From: Planctomycetota bacterium
GTDB taxonomy: Bacteria > Planctomycetota > Brocadiia > JAADGH01
DNA length: 64,000 nt
Direction of reading: 5' to 3'
Assembly (NCBI GenBank): GCA_040755855.1
Contig: JBFMAD010000003.1
Coordinates: forward strand, 241,695-305,694
The notes under the pieces: model-generated
The model's input: only the letters and a program-made list of their open reading frames with translations
The model's database searches: none
Told to the model about the DNA's origin: nothing
Translations under genes and position numbers: made by a program
Part shown: positions 10,587 through 22,150 of the stretch, piece by piece
Layout: every line of letters starts with the position of its first letter
Position numbering within the stretch: the first letter of the stretch is position 1

Positions 10587-13187
10587 CTATGAGACATATC
10601 CCCCGGGCGCGAGGGTGACGTAATCCACCTGCGCCCCCACAATGGGTACGCCGAAGGCGTTCGTGGGCTGGAAGCCGCCTGTGAACGGCGCTCCGCTGCC
10701 GCCGTTGGGTATCGCCGCCGCGCCGGCGGAGTCAATGGCATGGAGAGTGCCGTAGACATCTATGTTGCCGAAGATCAGCCCCCGCACAAGCATCCGCTGC
10801 AGTGTGCCGGTGTAGTATGTGAATCCCCATCCGTTGACGGCGGCCTCCCCGATGGTCACGATCGTGTTCTGCCCCATGTCCCCACCTATGACCACGGACG
10901 ATGCGACGACACGGATGTCCACCGTGGACGTGTCGTTCAGGCCCCGGCCGATATAAAGATGTGAACAGTCGCCGTCCACCAACAGTGCGCTGGCGCCCCA
11001 CACGCCGTCGGCGATGTGGATCGCCGTGGCAGGAGGCATGTCTACGCCGCCGCCCAGCACGTTCAGGTTTGAGTTTTCCATTCGACCCGAGACGGAAAAA
11101 CGGCCCAATCCATTGTTGAATGTAAACGTGGAATTCCACACATCGCCCCCGATCAGGGCCGAACCACAAGGCCCGAAGACGACTATGGTGGATGCCGCGT
11201 CCACATCGTTCTGGATGACGATCCGGCCCACGCCGCCGGAGGCGGGGCCGGGCGCCGGGAAGGTGTTTGTGATGTTAATCTGCGAGTTGGATATGCCGCC
11301 GAGTAGCATCTGCCCGACGTGTTCCGTGAACGTAAGCCCCGTGTTCATCACGGCGCCGCCCACGCGGAAGAGATTGGTCATGCCGTCCATGTTGAGCACG
11401 GAGACGTCGAGAACCCCCGCGATGAGAAACATTCCGGTCTCGCCGGCGACGGCGGCGGTCAGGGCTGTTGCGTGGCCCATAACCCTGAAAAAGTCCAGCC
11501 CCCCTGCTCCGGCAAGTGCAACGGCATTTGCGTCGCCGAGGATCAACATCCTCTCCATCGGCGCGTTCCACGCAACATTCGAGCCGGACGCGTCCCCGCG
11601 GATCATGAGCAAGTCGCAGCCGCCTGTGAACGTGAAGTTGCTGTTGGTGGCGGGCCCGCCTACATAGAAGCTCCCAACGGGGCCGGCGGCGTTGTAGGTA
11701 AAGGCGTTCGTAAAGTCCCCGGTTCTGAAGGAGGCATGTGGGCCTCCGACCGTCCAGACGACGGTGTCAATAGACCCGCCGATGATGGTCTGGCCGCAGG
11801 AACCGAGAAGGATGTTGAATGCCGAATTGCTCACATTGCCGCCGAACCAGAGACGGCTGAACGTCTGGCTGACTGCGGTGAGGGTGGTGTTTGTCACATC
11901 GCCCGAGACGCGGAAGGCAGCCGTATTTCCCGTCATGAGGTTGAAGACTGTATCGTTGATCGCGCCGTTGACGGCGATGAGCGACTGATTGCTGAACTGA
12001 GAGACTATCTGTGCGTAGTCGCTGTTGCCACCTATGAGGAGCGTCCCCATGCTGCCGTTCGTCGTGATGATTGAGGCGGTGTCTGTGTTGGGCAGATCGC
12101 CCAGGAGGTCTCCCCCGATTGCGAGGCGACCGCAGCTCCCCCCCCCATTGATAGGCGTGACGTCCGCGCCGCCGCGGACGCTGCCGGCGATTTCGATCGT
12201 CCCCGCGCGCATGCCGGTAAGCGTGAGGGTCGTGCTGCTCGGTCCGCCGGAATTGTCGAGCAGGAGGTCCCCGCCGATATAGATCCGGCCACACGTCCCT
12301 CTGTTGAGGGCAATGGATGTGGCGATGGGCCCAAGCCCGCCCACGGGGGAGTTTTGCACAGTGCCCTGGACGTAGAGCCTCCCGACGTTGCCGTTGAGCG
12401 ACTGGAACAGCGTCCCCACCATGTCGCCATAGACGGAGAAAGACTGGACTCCCGAATAGAAATTGAATTCCGCAGGAGCGCTGACGAAGGCGTTGGACCA
12501 GGTGTTGCCATAGATATCAAACCGGTCGCAGCCGCTGCCGATGTTCACTCGCGTCCCGACCACATCCCCGCCCGTGATGCGCGCGCTGCCCAGGTGGCCG
12601 GCCACGTCAAGGTACCCTTGGAGCATGCCGCCCCCGGTCGAGAATGTCCCGAGGTCGCCCCCGATCGCGAAGCCGCATATCTCGGCGTAATTGTCAATCG
12701 CAATGGACCTGACGGAACTGGTCGTCGTAACGCCGCCGTTGTAGAATGGACCGTGGATGTTTAACGACTGGAGTGGGCACGTCAGGTTGATGCCCGCAAA
12801 GCGAACCTGCCCGATGCCCGATGAGGACAGGTCAATGACGCCCATAGCCCCGCCGCCGAAGTTTCTGATGTTATTGACGATGAGGTTGTCGCTCCCATCG
12901 CCGGCGATGACATCGCGGATATAGAGCCGCGACTTGCCGGTCGTGCCGACCAGGTCCACGTACCAGAGGTTCTCATCGCCCGGCGTACCGGGGTCTGCGC
13001 CGGTGGAGTTCGCTAATGTCACCGACCCCGGACCATAGAATGTGACCTCGTCCAGGTCCCCGTCGAAGGCGTTGTATTGAAACGACATCCCATTGGTCAG
13101 GACCACCGCCGGGGCGACGCGACGCTCCAGTTCCTGCACCTGCAAGTCCAATTTGATTCGTAAAGGCCGATGAACGTGGCTTTGCAT
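10587..13187 (-). CDS. LEPR-XLL-like extracellular beta-solenoid repeat protein
   Basis: RBS GAAGGAGG, start MQSHVH; LQVQELERRVAPA; FDGDLDEV..YGPG motif; about 22-aa periodic I.G.V....I...G repeats throughout. Confidence 0.7.
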   Translation of the reverse strand: MQSHVHRPLRIKLDLQVQELERRVAPAVVLTNGMSFQYNAFDGDLDEVTFYGPGSVTLANSTGADPGTPGDENLWYVDLVGTTGKSRLYIRDVIAGDGSDNLIVNNIRNFGGGAMGVIDLSSSGIGQVRFAGINLTCPLQSLNIHGPFYNGGVTTTSSVRSIAIDNYAEICGFAIGGDLGTFSTGGGMLQGYLDVAGHLGSARITGGDVVGTRVNIGSGCDRFDIYGNTWSNAFVSAPAEFNFYSGVQSFSVYGDMVGTLFQSLNGNVGRLYVQGTVQNSPVGGLGPIATSIALNRGTCGRIYIGGDLLLDNSGGPSSTTLTLTGMRAGTIEIAGSVRGGADVTPINGGGSCGRLAIGGDLLGDLPNTDTASIITTNGSMGTLLIGGNSDYAQIVSQFSNQSLIAVNGAINDTVFNLMTGNTAAFRVSGDVTNTTLTAVSQTFSRLWFGGNVSNSAFNILLGSCGQTIIGGSIDTVVWTVGGPHASFRTGDFTNAFTYNAAGPVGSFYVGGPATNSNFTFTGGCDLLMIRGDASGSNVAWNAPMERMLILGDANAVALAGAGGLDFFRVMGHATALTAAVAGETGMFLIAGVLDVSVLNMDGMTNLFRVGGAVMNTGLTFTEHVGQMLLGGISNSQINITNTFPAPGPASGGVGRIVIQNDVDAASTIVVFGPCGSALIGGDVWNSTFTFNNGLGRFSVSGRMENSNLNVLGGGVDMPPATAIHIADGVWGASALLVDGDCSHLYIGRGLNDTSTVDIRVVASSVVIGGDMGQNTIVTIGEAAVNGWGFTYYTGTLQRMLVRGLIFGNIDVYGTLHAIDSAGAAAIPNGGSGAPFTGGFQPTNAFGVPIVGAQVDYVTLAPGGYVS

Positions 13188-13230
13188 AGCTTCCTCCTTC
13201 CAATTGACAGATTGATGAATGATGGCCGCC

Positions 13231-13259
13231 ATTTTGCCCGAAGCGGCGAAGGTTGTCAA
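13231..13259 (-). promoter_or_regulatory. sigma70-type promoter
   Basis: Minus strand TTGACA-N17-CAAAAT upstream of the 13187 start. Confidence 0.55.
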
Positions 13260-13332
13260 GCGGTACTCCTCGTTTCTGCAATCGGCCTCGCATCTTGACT
13301 TCCCCGCGCTGCCGCGGTACGCTTGTGACACA

Positions 13333-13539
13333 ATGAGGAATCGGCAACTGCTCACAACTCCCCAACTACGTCTTTTATTTGCCGTGGCGGCTGTTCCGTT
13401 GCTTCTGGCTTCTTGCGTCTGCCTACGCCCAACCGGAGCGGGTGCAGCGCATGGCCAAGATGGTTTGGCCGATATCTGCTATTCGGGGATGCCCCATGAT
13501 AGCGTGTGGGCGCCTGTGTTGCCGCAGAAAAGCATTTGA
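13333..13539 (+). CDS. Possible small lipoprotein (68 aa)
   Basis: Basic N-terminus, hydrophobic stretch and LASC lipobox; TTGACT-N17-TACGCT promoter at 13295-13323 directly upstream. Confidence 0.35.
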   Translation: MRNRQLLTTPQLRLLFAVAAVPLLLASCVCLRPTGAGAAHGQDGLADICYSGMPHDSVWAPVLPQKSI

Positions 13540-13617
13540 CTTTTCGTCTCATGGATTGCTACCATATTTTCACGGCGCCGGCTGGATTCACCGGACAATT
13601 CCATAACTCAAAGCAAG

Positions 13618-15513
<1,896 letters not shown>

Positions 15514-15531
15514 CTATAGAGGTGCGTCATC

Positions 15532-16782
15532 ATGGCAAGACGACTTGCCCAAACCCGACCGATGCGGCAGGCGGGCGTGCTCTACCGGAGGCTGCGTCAG
15601 TCGCCGCCGCTGATGATTGCGATCGCAATCCACGCGGCGATCGTAGTGCTGCTTATGAGCATCAAGATTGAGAGCGAGCCGCCCGAGGTGCTTCTCAGCG
15701 TTGACGTGAGCAAGGTCCTGGCGCAGAAGGTGGAACGCCCCCCGCAGGACATCATCAAGCCCCCCGAGACGGCGGAAAATGTGACTGTGGACAACACGGT
15801 CGTCAACTTCGCCGCGCCCACCGACACGCTCGTTGACAGCAGCATCGGCGAGGCGAACCTCATCGCCGGGGAGGGGCCTGGGATTGTTGCCCCGCTCAGG
15901 CCCGGCGGAACAGGCGGGACCGGCATCAACTTCGGCGAACGGGTCCGCAACTACCGTCGGGCCGGACTGGATGTGGTGTTTGTGGTGGATACCACGTGGA
16001 CACTGAAGGACGCGATCGAGGAGTTTAAAAAGCAGATCAACAACATCATTATTGTCCTGGACAAGTTGGTGGGCGCGCGGTGTCGGATCGGCGTGGTGTG
16101 CTACCGCGACAAGGCCGGGACGGTGAAGGTGAAGACCAGCCAGCCGGTCGGTGAGTTCTATCATACCAAGACGCTGGAGCTGACCAAGGACAGGACGAAG
16201 CTCCGCGAGTTCGTTCAATCCATGGGCGTCGGCCCGGGGCCGAAGACCGAGCAGGAGGCGAAGGATTTTGAGAGCGGCAAGGGCATCCCGGCGAATGAGG
16301 ATGTGTGTGAGGGTCTGCGCCTGGCGGTGGAGATGCCCTGGAGCGAGTCGGCCCGGAGGGTGATCGTTCTGATGGGCGACGCGCCGCCGCACAATGAAGA
16401 CATGACGAAGGTGGGCACGCTTATCGGCAAGTTCCGCGGCGGGGGCAACGCCGCCCTGCACGTCATCTATAGCAAACCGCCCCTTGACACGAGCGGTCTC
16501 TACGGCGAAGCGAAGAAGAAGGCCGCCGAGGAGCAGGAAAAGCAGGCCGAACGGGTTTATGCCATCTTCCGCGACTTTGCCCGAAAGGGCGGCGGAGAGG
16601 CGGAGTCGCTCGCCAACGCAAAACAGGTCGTGACCGAGCTGCTGGTCTTCGCCTTCGGTCGGGAATTCAGGAAGAACGTGGACGAGGTCTATCGCGGGCT
16701 GGGCGTCTTCGCCGAAGAGAAGAAGACGGCCGAGGGCGCCGAGAAGACCGAGAAAAAGGAAGGCGCCGATGGCCCCAAGTAG
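15532..16782 (+). CDS. Membrane-anchored vWA-domain protein
   Basis: N-terminal TM with IHA; LDVVFVVDTTWT degenerate MIDAS; YRD; VIVLMGDAPPH. Confidence 0.75.
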   Translation: MARRLAQTRPMRQAGVLYRRLRQSPPLMIAIAIHAAIVVLLMSIKIESEPPEVLLSVDVSKVLAQKVERPPQDIIKPPETAENVTVDNTVVNFAAPTDTLVDSSIGEANLIAGEGPGIVAPLRPGGTGGTGINFGERVRNYRRAGLDVVFVVDTTWTLKDAIEEFKKQINNIIIVLDKLVGARCRIGVVCYRDKAGTVKVKTSQPVGEFYHTKTLELTKDRTKLREFVQSMGVGPGPKTEQEAKDFESGKGIPANEDVCEGLRLAVEMPWSESARRVIVLMGDAPPHNEDMTKVGTLIGKFRGGGNAALHVIYSKPPLDTSGLYGEAKKKAAEEQEKQAERVYAIFRDFARKGGGEAESLANAKQVVTELLVFAFGREFRKNVDEVYRGLGVFAEEKKTAEGAEKTEKKEGADGPK

Positions 16783-19216
16783 GACATACCATCAACTGAT
16801 TGTGGCGATGACTATCATCATTCTGCTCGCGAGCGCGGGTCTCTGCGCCGATCGCGTGGCCCAGGAGTTCGACTACGCAAGCGCCCTGTCCGACCAGGGT
16901 TTTCTGGACCTGGCGGAGATTGTTTATAGGGACGCCATCGCCGCGCACCCGGACCACGCAGGGGTGGAGCAGGCGGTCCTGTCGCTGGCTCAGGTGAAGG
17001 CCCAGATGCGCCGTCTCGATGAGGCCCTGGCCGATTACCAGACCTTCCTGAAGAAATACGGCTATAGCAAGTTGAAGGACCAGGCGGAGGTCGGCATCGG
17101 CGAGGTCTATCTGGAGCAGGGCGAGTATGAGAAGGCCCAGAAGGTCTTCCAGAAGGTCCTCGGCGAGAGCCCCGACGGCGCCTCGCTGGCCTACGTCCGG
17201 GCGCAGTATGGCAACGCCTGGTGCATGTTGAAGGCAAAGAAATACAAGGAAGCCGCCCAGGCGTTCAAGGAGTTCGCCCTTATCTGGCAGGGCTACGAGC
17301 GGGCGCAGGAGGCGCTTCTTGCGGAGGGGGAGTGCTATCTGAACCTGGAGAACTACGAGGAGGCCCTCAAGGCCTTCGACAAGGCCCGAGAACGATCGAA
17401 GGACGACGCCATCGTCATCCGCGCACTGATCGGCATGGGCCGCGCTCACCAGGGGGCCAAGGCGTATGACAAGGCGCTGTTGTCCTTCGACTCCGCCATC
17501 CGGCGCGACCCGGATTCCCCCTTCGCTCAGCTGGCGTTGGCGAGCAAGGCGGACTGTCTGGCCGCCAAGGGCGACGAGGCGGAGGGAAAGAAGATTCTTG
17601 AGGAGATCATGCTCAAGTACCCCGGCACCGCCGCCTACCAGGAGGCCCTGAACAAGCTGGCCAAACTCAGCGAAGGGGGCTACGCCGCCCTGGCGTCAGA
17701 GGCGGAGCGCTATGCCCGGGCGCTGAAGGAGTTCCGCGACGGCAACTGCGAGGCCGCCATCACATGGTATGAGGGGCTCATCAAAAAATTCCCAAAGGGA
17801 ACTTATGCACCGAAGGCGCAGCAGGGCATCGCGCGCTGTTACCATAAGATGGAACAGTACAAGAAGGCGGCCGATGCCTTCATGGAAGTGGCGACTAAGT
17901 ACGCCGACAGCCCCATCGCCGTGGAGTGCATCCGGGAGGCGGTGGCGAGTTATGACAAGGCCGGCGATGCGATGGGCAAGCAGGCCGCCCTGAAGAAGCT
18001 GGCCGAGGCCTACCCCGAATCCGGCAAGGCCGACGCGATCCAATTCTCCGCCGCGGCGACGGCCTATGACGAAAAGGATTACAAGACGGCGGCCGAGAGC
18101 TTTCTGGCGCTGGTCGAGAAGTACCCCCGCAGCGAGCACTGCGAGCAGGCCCTCTTCCAGGCGGGGTTCTGCTTCTACACGCTCCAGCAGTACGACCAGG
18201 GCGAGAAGACCTTTGACCGGTTCCTGAAGAGCTATAGCGAGTCGGACCGGCGGGCGGAGGCCGCCTATCTGCGCGGGGAGTGCCTCTACCACCTGAAGAA
18301 GATTGCAGAAGCGATGACGATGTTCCGCGCCGCCTTGCGATACAATCCGAAGCCGACCATCAAGGCCCGCGCCCACTTCTGGCTGGGCTACTGCCTCCAG
18401 GCGGAAAAGAAGTGGGACGAGGCCCTGGAGGAATATAACACATCGGCGGCGTCGGCGGGCGAAGACGCCGACCTGGCCCCAAAGGCGCGCTACTGCGCGG
18501 CGCTGCTCTACTCCCAAAAAGGCCAATACGACAAGTGCGCCGAGCGGCTGCTCGACCTGGTCAACGACTTCCCCACGTATCCGGTCCCGGCAAAGATCAT
18601 GAGCTGGGCGTCGGACTATCTGATGGAGAAGAAGCAATACGACAAGGCGGCCAAGGTGGCCGACCTGCTTATCGCACGCTACGGCGAGGATGCGGCCCAA
18701 GCCGTCTTTGTGGAGAAGGCGTATACTGTGAGCGCAAAGGCCAAGATGCAGGCCGAGCAGTGGAAACCCGCCATCGAGTTGCTCGAGGCGCTCCTCCAAA
18801 AATTCCCTGACACGCGGCAGATCGCCGTGGCCAAGATGGACCTGGCGGAGTGCTACAAGCAGCGCAAGCAATACGACAAGGCGAAGGAGGCGCTGCAGGA
18901 GCTGATCCCCCAGGCCACCGGCGAACTCCTCATGGAGGCCCAGGCAAAGCTCGCGGACGTCCACAAGGACGAGGGGCAGCCCGGAGAAGAGGCCAATGTG
19001 CTGAAGCGGGCCGTCCTTCTGGCCCCCGCCGGGCTTCGGAACACCAACTGGCTTATCACCTTCAATCACCGCCTCGGAAAGCTCTATGAGCAGATGGGAA
19101 AGAAAGAAGACGCCGTCGCCGCATTCAAGGCGGCCGCGGAGATACCGACCAAAGACGCCAAGATGCTGAAACTCCAGGAGGAAGCCCAAGAAAGGTTGAC
19201 GGTGCTATCGAAATGA
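16769..19216 (+). CDS. Exported tetratricopeptide-repeat protein
   Basis: Signal peptide followed by many A...Y...L.KYP TPR units. Confidence 0.85.
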   Translation: MAPSRTYHQLIVAMTIIILLASAGLCADRVAQEFDYASALSDQGFLDLAEIVYRDAIAAHPDHAGVEQAVLSLAQVKAQMRRLDEALADYQTFLKKYGYSKLKDQAEVGIGEVYLEQGEYEKAQKVFQKVLGESPDGASLAYVRAQYGNAWCMLKAKKYKEAAQAFKEFALIWQGYERAQEALLAEGECYLNLENYEEALKAFDKARERSKDDAIVIRALIGMGRAHQGAKAYDKALLSFDSAIRRDPDSPFAQLALASKADCLAAKGDEAEGKKILEEIMLKYPGTAAYQEALNKLAKLSEGGYAALASEAERYARALKEFRDGNCEAAITWYEGLIKKFPKGTYAPKAQQGIARCYHKMEQYKKAADAFMEVATKYADSPIAVECIREAVASYDKAGDAMGKQAALKKLAEAYPESGKADAIQFSAAATAYDEKDYKTAAESFLALVEKYPRSEHCEQALFQAGFCFYTLQQYDQGEKTFDRFLKSYSESDRRAEAAYLRGECLYHLKKIAEAMTMFRAALRYNPKPTIKARAHFWLGYCLQAEKKWDEALEEYNTSAASAGEDADLAPKARYCAALLYSQKGQYDKCAERLLDLVNDFPTYPVPAKIMSWASDYLMEKKQYDKAAKVADLLIARYGEDAAQAVFVEKAYTVSAKAKMQAEQWKPAIELLEALLQKFPDTRQIAVAKMDLAECYKQRKQYDKAKEALQELIPQATGELLMEAQAKLADVHKDEGQPGEEANVLKRAVLLAPAGLRNTNWLITFNHRLGKLYEQMGKKEDAVAAFKAAAEIPTKDAKMLKLQEEAQERLTVLSK

Positions 19217-20256
19217 GACGAATACAGATCATTACCCTGAGCATCCTGTTTATGGCGGTCTGCTGCCTCCACGGATGGGCCGCAAAGAAGGTCAATATGC
19301 CGGCGACCCTCATCATGGCCAACGGGATCAAGCGGCAGGTCGTCCTCCTGGAGGAGGATGCCGAGAAGGTCACTGTCCAACTCTCGACGGGCAAGGTGGA
19401 GACCTACAAGCGCAATGAAATCCAGTCCATCGAGTGGCAATTGCCGGCGAGCTTCACACAGGCCGAGGAGAACCTCCGCGGCGGCGACTACGAAAAGGCC
19501 GTCAAGCAATACGACGCCGTCATCGCAAAGGAGTCGAACGCCTGGTGCGTCGAACAGGCCCGGCTGAAGAAGATGCAGTGTTGCCTCATCCTCGGCAAAT
19601 ATAAGGAGGCGGCGGAGGAATATGTTCGTTTTCTGAAGGCCGATCCCGCCACCGACGCCTACGGGCGCATCCCCTTGCCGGAGGGCAAATCGGCGGAGAA
19701 TGCTGAGGCGGCCAAATACCTCAAGGCTTTGGCGGACCTGGCCAAGGACGACACGGAGAAGGGCATGGAGCTGGGCCTCGCCGCCGGCGCCCTCGCCGCA
19801 AACAAGGAATTCAAGACGGCGGAGGAGTGCGTCAAGTCCATGCTCGTCATTTCGAACCCGAAGGTCCAGGGTTTCGCAAAGGTCCTGTATGGGCAGATCG
19901 CCGTGGAGAAGGAGGACTTCGACGGCGCAATCAAGGTCGTCACGCAAAACCTGAAGGACATCCCGGACGGTCTTCTGCCCGCGGCCTACTACTGGCTGGG
20001 GCGGGCCTACCTGGGAAAGGACCAATACGAACATGCGGCGATTGCTCTCCTCCGAGCGCCGACCTACATGCCGGAGGCGCAGGAGATCGCCGCCGACTGC
20101 CTCTACTGGGGCGCAAAGACCTTCGAAAAGGCCGACCGAATGCGCGAGGCGGCCCGGCTTTACGCCGACCTGGTGGAGAAGTTCCCGGGGGCGCGGCATA
20201 TCAGAGAATCCAGAGAGAAATTAGACAAGCTTCAGAAGATTGGAAGAGGAGGTTGA
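19213..20256 (+). CDS. Exported TPR protein
   Basis: Signal peptide, TPR units (YYWLGRAY, LVEKFP); ATGA overlap with the upstream gene. Confidence 0.8.
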   Translation: MRRIQIITLSILFMAVCCLHGWAAKKVNMPATLIMANGIKRQVVLLEEDAEKVTVQLSTGKVETYKRNEIQSIEWQLPASFTQAEENLRGGDYEKAVKQYDAVIAKESNAWCVEQARLKKMQCCLILGKYKEAAEEYVRFLKADPATDAYGRIPLPEGKSAENAEAAKYLKALADLAKDDTEKGMELGLAAGALAANKEFKTAEECVKSMLVISNPKVQGFAKVLYGQIAVEKEDFDGAIKVVTQNLKDIPDGLLPAAYYWLGRAYLGKDQYEHAAIALLRAPTYMPEAQEIAADCLYWGAKTFEKADRMREAARLYADLVEKFPGARHIRESREKLDKLQKIGRGG

Positions 20257-20257
20257 G

Positions 20258-21082
20258 ATGGTTCGCAGTTCTGGACTGAGAATGTGGGTATTGGGACTGG
20301 CTCTTGTCGCCTTGTTCGTCCTGGCCGTCCCTGCGGTGACGCAGGAGGCCGCGAAGCCGGCCGAGACAAAGAAGGCTGAACCGGCTGAGGCGAAGAAGGC
20401 CGAACCTGCCCCAGCGGCCCCCGCGCCTGCCGCCGCGGCGCCGGAGGATTCGGGCCAACCGATGAATGTGTGGCAGATGGTGTGGGATGCTGGATGGGTC
20501 GAGTACGTCATCCTCCTCGTCTCCGTGGTCGGCACTACGCTCATCATTGACAACATGTGGCGATTCCGAGTGTTGACGGCGATTCCGCCGGACCTCGTTG
20601 CGGAGACCCAGCGGCTGATGAAGGAACGCGCCTACAACGACGTGCTCGGCATCTGCCAAAAGAAGCCGAGCTACTTCTCCGACGTGCTCCAGGCGGGGCT
20701 GCTTAAGTTGCGCCACGATTATTCCGCCGTCCAGGAGGCCGTAGCGGAGGCGGTGGACAAGGGGGGTGCCGCCATGCACACCCGGCTCAATCTGTTGTCC
20801 TTCACGGCCAAGATCGCTCCTATGCTGGGGCTGCTGGGGACCGTCACCGGCATGATCAAATCGTTCAGCAACATCGCCCGCGCCAGCGCGCTGAACAAGC
20901 CGGAGCTGCTGGCACGAGGCGTGTCTGAAGCGCTTATCACCACCGCCACGGGACTGATCGTCGCCATCCCGGTCATGTTCTTCTACTTTATCCTGCGCGA
21001 CCGGGTAAACAGCATCATTACCCAGGTGGAAGTCACTGTCTCTGAAATGCTGGAGCCCTTCCGCCCGACACGGAAAGGATAA
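20258..21082 (+). CDS. MotA/TolQ/ExbB proton channel protein
   Basis: APMLGLLGTVTGMI..F, GVSEALITTATGLIVAIP; Ala/Pro-rich N-terminal extension. Confidence 0.93.
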   Translation: MVRSSGLRMWVLGLALVALFVLAVPAVTQEAAKPAETKKAEPAEAKKAEPAPAAPAPAAAAPEDSGQPMNVWQMVWDAGWVEYVILLVSVVGTTLIIDNMWRFRVLTAIPPDLVAETQRLMKERAYNDVLGICQKKPSYFSDVLQAGLLKLRHDYSAVQEAVAEAVDKGGAAMHTRLNLLSFTAKIAPMLGLLGTVTGMIKSFSNIARASALNKPELLARGVSEALITTATGLIVAIPVMFFYFILRDRVNSIITQVEVTVSEMLEPFRPTRKG

Positions 21083-21088
21083 CCCGCC

Positions 21089-21529
21089 ATGGCCGCGAAA
21101 AGGAGAAAGAGCTCTCTCCAGTTCGAAGACGTCGAGTTGGACATGACGCCCATGATTGACATGGTCTTTCTGCTGCTGATTTTCTTCATGTTCACTGCGA
21201 CGTTCCACGATATCAACATTGACAAAGAGGTGAACCTGGCCGATGCGGAAGCCGCCAAGCCGGACAGCCGCGACCCGGGCACCCTCATCATCAATATCCA
21301 CAAGGATGATGATGGGATTTACCTGCGGAATCGTCGCTACACGCCAACCGAGCTCCTCGCTTTCCTCCGGACCGTCCGCGAGGAGAATGCGGGACATCAA
21401 GTCGTCATCCGCGGCGACGGACGGGCATTTCATCGCAATCTGGTTGTCGTTATGGAATGTTGCGCGCACGCCGGCCTCATGAATGTCCGCGTGGCCGTGA
21501 CAAAAGAAAGGATTGAAACAGGATCATGA
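21089..21529 (+). CDS. ExbD/TolR family protein
   Basis: LDMTPMIDMVFLLLIFFM; VVIRGD. Confidence 0.93.
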   Translation: MAAKRRKSSLQFEDVELDMTPMIDMVFLLLIFFMFTATFHDINIDKEVNLADAEAAKPDSRDPGTLIINIHKDDDGIYLRNRRYTPTELLAFLRTVREENAGHQVVIRGDGRAFHRNLVVVMECCAHAGLMNVRVAVTKERIETGS

Positions 21530-21939
21530 GACGACGAGCTCTCCCAGGCCAGATACAGCAACAGGAAGGCGAACTCGAACTCGACATGACGCCCATGATT
21601 GACTGCGTCTTCTTGCTGCTGATCTTCTTCATCTTTTCCACCAAGTTCCCCAAACAGGAAGGCAAGCTCGAGGCCAGCCTGCCGTCGGCCCGAGGCGCAA
21701 CCAAGACGGCCAGCACCATCGTCGTCATCGAGATCACCGACAACGGCAAACTCATGGTCAACGACCAGCCCTACAGCCCCGATGAACTGGCCGGCCTCCT
21801 GGCCAAGCTGGCCGCCCTCGACCCCGAACAGCCCGTTATCATCAGCGGCGACGCTCAAGCCCGGCACCAATGGATCGTGGACGCCCTCAACGCCTGCGCC
21901 AAGGCCAACATCACGCGCATCTCCTTCACGGGATTGTAG
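21526..21939 (+). CDS. ExbD/TolR family protein (second copy)
   Basis: LDMTPMIDCVFLLLIFFI; VIISGD. Confidence 0.93.
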   Translation: MRRRALPGQIQQQEGELELDMTPMIDCVFLLLIFFIFSTKFPKQEGKLEASLPSARGATKTASTIVVIEITDNGKLMVNDQPYSPDELAGLLAKLAALDPEQPVIISGDAQARHQWIVDALNACAKANITRISFTGL

Positions 21940-21948
21940 AAAAAAACC

Positions 21949-21977
21949 TTGACCGGGCAGGGTCTAATTGATAAACT
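21949..21977 (+). promoter_or_regulatory. sigma70-type promoter of rplC
   Basis: TTGACC-N17-TAAACT about 170 bp upstream of the rplC start. Confidence 0.6.
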
Positions 21978-22150
21978 ATATGTTTTTGGCGATCTCGCAA
22001 AGAGGATGCAGCTATGGCATGTAGAGTACGAACCGGCAGGCTCCGATGGCGAAACCGACGAGCCAATCACGGCCGCAAACCCACACAAGGACGTATCAAG
22101 AGCCAGTTCAAACTGGCAAAACTCCTCCGCAGAAAAAAGAGATAAGAACT

